32,431 nucleotides of DNA from a virus: IMG/VR virus record IMGVR_UViG_3300035042_000032, one strand, 5' to 3'. Both the position numbers and the translations under genes were made by a program. The notes beneath the pieces were generated by a model. It was not told the origin of the DNA. It made no database searches and saw only the letters and a program-made list of their open reading frames with translations. Positions 7,062-12,101 of this stretch are shown piece by piece; the first letter of the stretch is position 1; each line of letters opens with the position of its first letter.

Positions 7062-7090
7062 AGTATACCCCATACCCCCTCATAAGTCAA
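7062..7090 (-). promoter_or_regulatory. Sigma70-like promoter ahead of the structured HNH-AP2 leader
   Basis: Minus strand TTGACT (7090-7085), 17 nt, TATACT (7067-7062). The -35 overlaps the last codons of ORF 7080..7331. Confidence 0.5.
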
Positions 7091-7331
7091 TCTTACCATT
7101 GTGCAAAAGCCTATGACAGTGCTTGCATAACCAGGTTACATCAAGAGGTCGTGAGTAGTCCTTGTGGTGCGCTTCGGTCTTTGTTGCCCCACATATCGCA
7201 CAAGGCTTAGGCACAAGCGTTCCGTTGCGCTTGGCTGTCCTTACCGCCTGTTCCGCCCTGTAGCGTTCGGGGTGGGTTTTGTAGTACCGCTTGTTCCAAG
7301 ATTTCTTGATCGCTTTGTCTTTGTATGGCAT
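7080..7331 (-). CDS. Small HNH-motif zinc-binding protein (83 aa)
   Basis: CAICGATKTEAHHKDYSRPLDVTWLCKHCHRLLH gives a CxxC...HH...CxxCH HNH core. GGAGGAACA RBS. Confidence 0.7.
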   Translation of the reverse strand: MPYKDKAIKKSWNKRYYKTHPERYRAEQAVRTAKRNGTLVPKPCAICGATKTEAHHKDYSRPLDVTWLCKHCHRLLHNGKIDL

Positions 7332-7501
7332 TGTTCCTCCAAGTCTACCAGCTTCTCTGCCTGCATCATTTCCCCTCTAGAATCATAGCCCAGATTGAAG
7401 GTCAGTAGGATTTTCCCGATGTCCTTGAATACTTTGTATGATTCTAGGGTGAACCCATGAGCTGCCCTCTGTACTCTTTCGTGAATGGTATTACTCTGCA
7501 T
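7241..7501 (-). CDS. Hypothetical protein (86 aa) whose last 91 nt overlap the next gene out of frame
   Basis: ATG 7501 sits 9 nt after GAGG. The N-terminal ~55 aa look protein-like. The basic tail lies inside ORF 7080..7331. Confidence 0.45.
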   Translation of the reverse strand: MQSNTIHERVQRAAHGFTLESYKVFKDIGKILLTFNLGYDSRGEMMQAEKLVDLEEQCHTKTKRSRNLGTSGTTKPTPNATGRNRR

Positions 7502-7688
7502 TGCATTTGACCTCTATGTCATATGTTCCGGTAAGGCAATCATTGGGTCCTCTGGTTGTAGAATACCCTGCAAAGAATTTGCAACGCTTGCACCACGTGG
7601 ACCCGATACGCACATCGTAGCTCTTGAAATAATGTGGACAAGGTTGTTGAGAAACCCCGTTGACTGATTTGCCTTTGATAACCTTCAT
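7491..7688 (-). CDS. Hypothetical Cys-rich protein (65 aa)
   Basis: GGAGGGTATTAGC RBS. Confidence 0.6.
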   Translation of the reverse strand: MKVIKGKSVNGVSQQPCPHYFKSYDVRIGSTWCKRCKFFAGYSTTRGPNDCLTGTYDIEVKCNAE

Positions 7689-7745
7689 GCTAATACCCTC
7701 CAGAATGCACGAGGATTGCGCCTAGTCAACGCAACCCATTGTGGA

Positions 7746-7934
7746 TTAGTAATCTTTAAACGAATCCTCTAGCATCTTGAATAGAGCTAGCACCGTTTCC
7801 GCTAGAAGATGCTCGTAGAGGTCTGGAGAGTTGCCTACTTTGATCGTATGTATCTCCATGTTTGTACGTGCATCATCGTCCCAATCGTAGCCTACAAGCC
7901 ATTCGATTCCGTTGTACTCTAGTATCTTTTCCAT
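7746..7934 (-). CDS. Hypothetical acidic protein (62 aa)
   Basis: AAGGAGGACCC RBS. Confidence 0.65.
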   Translation of the reverse strand: MEKILEYNGIEWLVGYDWDDDARTNMEIHTIKVGNSPDLYEHLLAETVLALFKMLEDSFKDY

Positions 7935-7963
7935 GGGTCCTCCTTGTATCGCCTAAACTGTGG

Positions 7964-8116
7964 TTAGATAACACCATCATTATAAGCATCAACAGCAACT
8001 CCGCCATTATCGCAATAAAGGCTTTCTCTTGCTGTGTAAAAGTCCTCATCACTGTCTGGGTCAAGACCCCAATCCAATACTCTCTGCATGATTTCATTCT
8101 CTGTGAAATTTCTCAT
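7964..8116 (-). CDS. Hypothetical acidic protein (50 aa), below the ORF-track cutoff
   Basis: ATG 8116 behind AAAGGAGACCGAT; MRNFTENEIMQRVLDWGLDPDSDEDFYTARESLYCDNGGVAVDAYNDGVI. Preferred over the overlapping 74-aa ORF 7873..8097, which has no RBS. Confidence 0.5.
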   Translation of the reverse strand: MRNFTENEIMQRVLDWGLDPDSDEDFYTARESLYCDNGGVAVDAYNDGVI

Positions 8117-8140
8117 ATCGGTCTCCTTTAAGTATCGCCT

Positions 8141-8184
8141 AAATCCTCAGTAAGGATTTGAGCAATACCCCCTCCGAAGAGGGG
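8141..8184 (-). other. Two intergenic RNA hairpins: CCCCUC-UUCG-GAGGGG (8169-8184) and AAAUCCU-uacug-AGGAUUU (8141-8159)
   Basis: Perfect inverted repeats read directly. No U-tract, so more likely stabiliser or processing elements than terminators. Confidence 0.4.
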
Positions 8185-8194
8185 ATAAGTTGGG

Positions 8195-8359
8195 TTAGTA
8201 TCCTCTTTGCTCAGCACGCATTTCCAGATAAACCTCACAGCACACGCAATCCTCACCAGAGCAGTGTTCGCAAGGGTCATAGCTGCTCTGTGATTCTTTA
8301 GGGCTGAATCCTAGATACTCATTTTCTGCTTCCATCATATCCAATTCGTATTCGTCCAT
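8195..8359 (-). CDS. Hypothetical acidic/Cys protein (54 aa), first early ORF
   Basis: ATG 8359 behind AAAAGGAGAACGAT; MDEYELDMMEAENEYLGFSPKESQSSYDPCEHCSGEDCVCCEVYLEMRAEQRGY. Confidence 0.55.
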   Translation of the reverse strand: MDEYELDMMEAENEYLGFSPKESQSSYDPCEHCSGEDCVCCEVYLEMRAEQRGY

Positions 8360-8389
8360 ATCGTTCTCCTTTTCTTAACTGATAACTCA

Positions 8390-8418
8390 TGTTACACCCT
8401 GTAGTAAATTCTGTCAAG
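8390..8418 (-). promoter_or_regulatory. Sigma70-like early promoter (TTGACA-17-TAACAT)
   Basis: Minus strand TTGACA (8418-8413) gaatttactacagGGTG TAACAT (8395-8390), in a 190-bp non-coding gap. Confidence 0.65.
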
Positions 8419-8459
8419 GGAATAGTTGATACTAGTAGAAGTATTTTGGCATAAAGATG

Positions 8460-8494
8460 CCCTGCCTGGAAAAGGAGGAAAACCAAGCAGGGCA
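8460..8494 (-). terminator. Intrinsic-terminator-like hairpin at the end of the late operon
   Basis: GCCCUGCUUGG-13 nt loop (UUUUCCUCCUUUU)-CCAGGCAGGGC: 11-bp stem with one mismatch, then AUCUUUAU. Confidence 0.6.
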
Positions 8495-8524
8495 AAAAGG
8501 AGGTATGAAACGAAAGATACCTAA

Positions 8525-8552
8525 ATCATACACCTTATATCCAATGTGTCAA
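8525..8552 (-). promoter_or_regulatory. Sigma70-like promoter placed upstream of terminator 8494-8460
   Basis: Minus strand TTGACA (8552-8547) cattggatataaGGTG TATGAT (8530-8525), 16-nt spacer. The -35 overlaps the stop of ORF 8549..8848. Confidence 0.55.
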
Positions 8553-8848
8553 GCATAGTCAAAGGAATAGTCGTGATATTCGTCCCCTACATTGATAAGA
8601 TTCCGTATTCGGTACACCTTGATACCTGTTTCTTTCTCTGCGTCAAGAATACTCTTCACCACCTTAACCTTCTTGCCCTTGTAGAATATCATTATTCTCT
8701 GTGGCTTATCATCTGTCTTGACGGTATAACCATCAAAGGCCTCTCCGGTTGATAGATAGATATTGAGGGTGTAGGGTGAGATACCCAAGTACTCGTAGGC
8801 TTCCTTCTTGGTCTCAAACATCGCTTCATACTTGTAGATTTTAATCAT
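8549..8848 (-). CDS. Protein made of two NUMOD1-like HTH repeats (homing-endonuclease DNA-binding module without a nuclease domain)
   Basis: FETKKEAYEYLGISPYTLNIYLSTGE and VKSILDAEKETGIKVYRIRNLINVGD both fit the NUMOD1 pattern (F/V.S..eAa..lGI....I...l..G). Confidence 0.6.
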   Translation of the reverse strand: MIKIYKYEAMFETKKEAYEYLGISPYTLNIYLSTGEAFDGYTVKTDDKPQRIMIFYKGKKVKVVKSILDAEKETGIKVYRIRNLINVGDEYHDYSFDYA

Positions 8849-9138
8849 ACTTCCCCCAAGTCAATAAGCGAACCGCTAGATGTCTCTGTACCTATCCAGA
8901 GCTTCCCGCTGACCACCTTTGTATCAATGGTTGCTATGTCGGTGAGCTGGTAGCCTGTGACGATCAAATGTAACATCCCTTTCGGCCCATAGTGTGCAAT
9001 AAATATATCTAGGGAATAATCGCCTACCGTTATCTTGGTAAAGTCGTTGATGATGTAGGTGGTGTGGTTCCCCTTCACTGTGTTGTTCTTGTCTACCTTG
9101 AATGCAGACATTTTTTCTTCTACTTCTTGTCTGGTCAT
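8845..9138 (-). CDS. Hypothetical protein (97 aa)
   Basis: AAAGGAGACAAC RBS; ATGA overlap with the next gene. Confidence 0.65.
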   Translation of the reverse strand: MTRQEVEEKMSAFKVDKNNTVKGNHTTYIINDFTKITVGDYSLDIFIAHYGPKGMLHLIVTGYQLTDIATIDTKVVSGKLWIGTETSSGSLIDLGEV

Positions 9139-9167
9139 GTTGTCTCCTTTGCTCCTTTGATAGATAC

Positions 9168-9196
9168 AGTATATAGCTAGTAGTAAAATATATCAA
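9168..9196 (-). promoter_or_regulatory. Possible internal promoter (TTGATA-17-TATACT) after a weak hairpin/U-run at 9205-9235
   Basis: Minus strand TTGATA (9196-9191), 17 nt, TATACT (9173-9168). AAGCAG/CUGCUU hairpin plus UUCUUUU spans the o-spanin stop. Confidence 0.35.
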
Positions 9197-9225
9197 GGGA
9201 AAGGTTAAAAGAAAAGCAGATATTT

Positions 9226-9513
9226 CTACCTGCTTATAATCTCTATGACCTCCAAGTAATACCCTTCCATGTCCTTGATATACACCTCTTGCTTTTCGAT
9301 GTGAGAGAGGGTATTGGTGAGCCTTATACCAGCGTCCTTTATGGTCTCTATTGGTGCAAGGTAGGGTCGCTCGGGTGGTGCTACAAGCTCGGAGTACGGG
9401 GTGATTGAGGGTGGTGGAACCGTCTTACACCCTACGGTTAAACTTATCAAGCATAGAATTGATAGCGTCAAGAGTCTCGCTGTCGTCTTGTGTCTCCTGG
9501 ATTGCCTGTTCAT
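9226..9513 (-). CDS. o-spanin-like outer-membrane lipoprotein (95 aa)
   Basis: Signal peptide with lipobox LTVGC, then a Pro-rich mature part (KTVPPPSITPYSELVAPPERPY). AAGGAGGTGGAGA RBS. The start lies inside the 3' end of the i-spanin gene in another frame. Confidence 0.7.
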   Translation of the reverse strand: MNRQSRRHKTTARLLTLSILCLISLTVGCKTVPPPSITPYSELVAPPERPYLAPIETIKDAGIRLTNTLSHIEKQEVYIKDMEGYYLEVIEIISR

Positions 9514-9727
9514 TCTCCACCTCCTTTTGATCTATTTCTTTCTCGTGCTGCACCGCTTCCTTGACGGTCTCGGTTTCCAGTTCCTTGACTTTCTCGGTTG
9601 CAAGCTCTTTTTCTTTGTCCTCCAGCTTCTTCTCAGCCTTCTTGGTCTTGTGCTTCTGCCACGAAAAGAGAGCGTAGAAGATGGCGGTGAGGACTCCTAG
9701 GATACCATAGATGATGTTACTTATCAT
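9425..9727 (-). CDS. i-spanin-like type II membrane protein (100 aa)
   Basis: N-terminal TM helix IIYGILGVLTAIFYALF followed by a long charged coiled region. Overlaps the o-spanin gene by 89 nt. Confidence 0.65.
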   Translation of the reverse strand: MISNIIYGILGVLTAIFYALFSWQKHKTKKAEKKLEDKEKELATEKVKELETETVKEAVQHEKEIDQKEVENEQAIQETQDDSETLDAINSMLDKFNRRV

Positions 9728-9905
9728 GCTTGTATTTCTCCAAGGCCGAATTTGCCCCGATGGATGCTATGAGGGTCATGTATAGTGGTGCAAAGCCCTT
9801 GAGAAAGTTCACATACCCTTCCATGTCGAACGCTTCAAACCATGAGCCTACCAAGCCCATGATGAACCCTATCGCCAATATCGCTAGTGTCAGATTCTTA
9901 GCCAT
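9717..9905 (-). CDS. Small two-TM membrane protein, holin-like (62 aa)
   Basis: LTLAILAIGFIMGLVGSWF and FAPLYMTLIASIGANSAL helices with a charged C-terminus. GGAGGAATAA RBS. Sits in the lysis cluster. Confidence 0.55.
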   Translation of the reverse strand: MAKNLTLAILAIGFIMGLVGSWFEAFDMEGYVNFLKGFAPLYMTLIASIGANSALEKYKHDK

Positions 9906-10223
9906 TTATTCCTCCATCAAGATTTGCTCTTTGCAAACCTTCCTTGAAAACTCGTCAATGGTGCTCTTTGCTGTACGGATTTTGTTCTTGGTTCTCTCGG
10001 CATTACCGTTCAATACACCCTTCTCATGCAAGGCATCGACAAGGCTTTCCTGTGCTTCAAGCACCGCACCAATAGCGGTTGTGAGCATGTGTATCTGCCC
10101 TGCTTGCCTGTTGTTCAGCTTGACCAATGTGCTTACCTTGTCTCTTTTCTTAATCATATACATCAGAAATCCATTCGATGCTAGGAGGAACCCAAGTCCC
10201 ACTACCAATAACTCTTGTATCAT
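9906..10223 (-). CDS. Membrane-anchored protein (105 aa) in the lysis cluster, function unknown
   Basis: Start moved to ATG 10223 (MIQELLVVGLGFLLASNGFLMYMI = one TM helix), then a helical soluble part. No catalytic motif recognised. Confidence 0.5.
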   Translation of the reverse strand: MIQELLVVGLGFLLASNGFLMYMIKKRDKVSTLVKLNNRQAGQIHMLTTAIGAVLEAQESLVDALHEKGVLNGNAERTKNKIRTAKSTIDEFSRKVCKEQILMEE

Positions 10224-10224
10224 C

Positions 10225-10464
10225 TTACACCCCCAAAACCGTACATGCAACCACAATTCCCAGAATATCTGCAATCAAATCAGCCACACTGAGTTTGCCA
10301 TATCGCAGCTTGTCCCAAATTTCCTTTGCCACACCAAGCAAGATACCTACCGCAATCGCACCGTTTATGTCCCACTTGTCTGCCAGCGTGTACACCAAAG
10401 CGTAGGTGATGGCAAAATGTGCTACTTTGTCGATGTGCTTTACTAATAGATTCTCAATAAGCAT
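10225..10464 (-). CDS. Three-TM membrane protein, possible holin (79 aa)
   Basis: Hydrophobic segments VAHFAITYALVYTLA, GAIAVGILLGVA and LIADILGIVVACTVLGV. Confidence 0.5.
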   Translation of the reverse strand: MLIENLLVKHIDKVAHFAITYALVYTLADKWDINGAIAVGILLGVAKEIWDKLRYGKLSVADLIADILGIVVACTVLGV

Positions 10465-10474
10465 TATTAAGCGT

Positions 10475-10636
10475 TTAATAGCACCTCCGTAGTACCTCCC
10501 CGATGCCTACCGTAAGATTCCGCATCTGCTCACCAAGCGCATAGCGCTCGCTTTTCGGTAGCTGTGTCACTACACACTTGAGGATGTATTCAGCCATGTC
10601 CTCCCACTTCTGGTAAGCAATCAGTGTATTCCCCAT
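10475..10636 (-). CDS. avd: Truncated Avd-like (DGR accessory, four-helix-bundle family) stub, 53 aa
   Basis: MGNTLIAYQKWEDMAEYILKCVVTQLPKSERYALGEQMRNLTVGIGEVLRRCY fits the N-terminal Y..W......LPK.E+Y.L..Q+R pattern of Avd/23S-rRNA-IVS proteins, but those are about twice as long. GGGAGGAC lies before an internal in-frame ATG. Sits directly 3' of the VR-bearing gene. Confidence 0.5.
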   Translation of the reverse strand: MGNTLIAYQKWEDMAEYILKCVVTQLPKSERYALGEQMRNLTVGIGEVLRRCY

Positions 10637-10653
10637 ATTCCAGTCTCCAGTGT

Positions 10654-11883
10654 TCAGTTGGTCAGTGTACGATAAAAAGCGGGACGGAAACCGAAGGTGT
10701 TGTGCGAGAACGAGCGCTCGTTGTTCGCGCTGCGATACCCGAGCCCAGCGCGCGACGTGTCGTACCAGTAGCCACCGGCGCAGCCGAGCCGTTCGCCTAC
10801 ATTGCGCATGTACTGCGTTCCCAGCGGTGAGTTCGCGAGTGGAGGCATGATGCCTAGCACACGAAGAATGTCGTGAACAGTTACACCTGCTTTTGCTGCA
10901 AGAGTCGAGAATGTATTCACGCCGTATGCGCTAGTATCTGGAGCGGCATTTTCAATGGCGATATTCAGCCTGAATCCCGCCGTACCAGCTGGAGCTGGGA
11001 CACTTACATAATCCCATTTGTAGGTGTCTGTCGTTCCGGGAGCCACGAGAGACCCGTCTTGGAGGATGGCCTTCCAAAGTGTGGATACTGCGCTCTGGTC
11101 CTTGGTGTTGTCAGCTGCATCGTTGTTCTGGATTACCTGCAATTCGCCTTCATTGATGCGGTATCCTCCGTTCCATTCACGCACATTTCCTCTAAGGTCA
11201 GCAGGTGAGAAAGGAGTACCATCAAGATGCCAGCCTACTGGTCCACTACCGGTAAGGGTAGGACCTATCTTGCCATCACTATAGACATACGAGTCGCCAG
11301 CGCTTCCGAACTCAGTAGAGTCCTGATAGCTCTTGCCATAGTAGTCATTCCCTCTCGGCTGGTATCCTTCACGGATTGCCAGCAGGGAAAGATATGCCCA
11401 CTCAGCATGCGTCATTAGGTGATGACCTACGCCCTTTGCAGCACATAGAGAAAGCGCATTGTCAAATGTAGTGTAATTGGCTGGAGACAATCCCCTGAGA
11501 GATACCGCATGATTCGTACCTGCTACCTTTCCAGCAAGATATTTGCCTACAAGGATTTCAACGATGCTTCCGTTTACCATGAAAGCAGGATGCAACGTGT
11601 TCACTGATGTGAAGTGCGTTCCACCGTTGCTGAGATAATCAAGCCTTGCTTTCTCGTCTGGCTTGTACACAGTGTATACACTCGGCTTGCTGTTTGCATC
11701 GAAAATGACAGTATTCCGCCCGAGCGACAGGTCCTCGATTCGGGCCTTGTAGTCCGCCTGTTTGGTTGCATCGGTGATGGCGAGAGCGGTTCCTGCAAGG
11801 GCTTCCTTGGTGAGTGCTTCCTCTACCTCAATAATATTGTCTAAAATCTGTTTGGATGTGTATTGTCCGCTTACGTATGTCAT
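10654..11883 (-). CDS. Tail-fibre/receptor-binding protein with FGE-sulfatase (C-type-lectin) fold; DGR variable-protein type
   Basis: HLMTHAEWAYLSL...PADLRGNVREWNGGY are FGE/CLec hallmarks. C-terminus ...GGYWYDTSRAGLGYRSANNERSFSHNTFGFRPAFYRTLTN. Last gene of the tail-fibre block. Confidence 0.75.
   Translation of the reverse strand: MTYVSGQYTSKQILDNIIEVEEALTKEALAGTALAITDATKQADYKARIEDLSLGRNTVIFDANSKPSVYTVYKPDEKARLDYLSNGGTHFTSVNTLHPAFMVNGSIVEILVGKYLAGKVAGTNHAVSLRGLSPANYTTFDNALSLCAAKGVGHHLMTHAEWAYLSLLAIREGYQPRGNDYYGKSYQDSTEFGSAGDSYVYSDGKIGPTLTGSGPVGWHLDGTPFSPADLRGNVREWNGGYRINEGELQVIQNNDAADNTKDQSAVSTLWKAILQDGSLVAPGTTDTYKWDYVSVPAPAGTAGFRLNIAIENAAPDTSAYGVNTFSTLAAKAGVTVHDILRVLGIMPPLANSPLGTQYMRNVGERLGCAGGYWYDTSRAGLGYRSANNERSFSHNTFGFRPAFYRTLTN
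10681..10790 (-). other. Variable-region (VR)-like segment of the DGR-type target gene
   Basis: GC-rich island (about 10675-10850), unlike anything else in the window. It encodes the GGxW...N/x-rich...GFRPA terminal loop typical of DGR VRs and retains AAC codons (AACAAC, CACAAC). Confidence 0.55.
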
Positions 11884-12101
11884 ACGATTCCCTCCATATG
11901 GTCATGTTCCTCAACTACTGGAAGAGGGAACAATTCTGCGTGATTCTCTCGGAAATCCCTCGCAAGGGTGGGGACGTAGGCGATCGCCTGCTCCTCCGTT
12001 CCAATTACCGTGTTGCTGGCGCCCTGTTGCACCCCTTCATCCATGAATGAGACGGATACCAGCCATTTGTTGGCCTCGATGTTTGTTATGGTGTGTGTCA
12101 T
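11880..12101 (-). CDS. Hypothetical tail-fibre-associated protein (73 aa)
   Basis: ATGA overlaps on both sides within the fibre block. Confidence 0.65.
   Translation of the reverse strand: MTHTITNIEANKWLVSVSFMDEGVQQGASNTVIGTEEQAIAYVPTLARDFRENHAELFPLPVVEEHDHMEGIV

Noticed and set aside
6902-7079. Structured 178-nt gap considered as a tRNA or as a group I intron carrying the HNH ORF
   Set aside because: No cloverleaf with a T-loop (GGTTCGA-like) or a 7-nt anticodon loop could be drawn. The flanking ORFs (a complete 83-aa protein with its own stop, and an initiator with its own ATG/RBS) are not halves of one gene. I kept the promoter/leader/RBS-sequestration reading instead.
7873-8097. 74-aa minus-strand ORF from the track
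   Set aside because: It has no RBS, overlaps the start of ORF 7746..7934 and gives an implausible sequence. The alternative frame gives a 50-aa ORF (7964..8116) with a strong AAAGGAGAC RBS and clean spacing.
7946-8143. 12-mer TTTAGGCGATAC (minus strand) just upstream of the SD of two neighbouring small genes (7957-7946 and 8143-8132), with a partial third copy at about 22218-22230
   Set aside because: A 12-nt exact repeat is expected by chance several times in a 32-kb sequence, and the third copy is inside a coding region. It may be a regulatory motif, but the evidence is too thin.
8495-8548. Plus-strand AAGGAGGT-ATG mini-ORF (17 codons) and an AAAAGGAGGAAAA motif suggesting a plus-strand gene start
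   Set aside because: The SD-to-ATG spacing is only 1 nt and the ORF is tiny. The purine-rich motifs are the complement of the U-rich loop and flank of the minus-strand terminator.
9730-10446. 238-aa plus-strand ORF, the longest plus-strand ORF in the window
   Set aside because: It lies exactly antisense to three well-supported minus-strand membrane-protein genes and starts with TTG without an SD. Its product is Ser/Cys/Asn-rich low-complexity sequence. No other credible plus-strand gene exists. Treated as an antisense artefact.
10465-10653. Search for a DGR template repeat or IMH-type hairpin in the short non-coding stretches around the Avd-like stub
   Set aside because: Only direct ACACTG repeats and a weak AT-only inverted repeat (TATTAA-gcgt-TTAATA at about 10465-10480) are present. 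Nothing resembles the VR sequence, so no TR is claimed.
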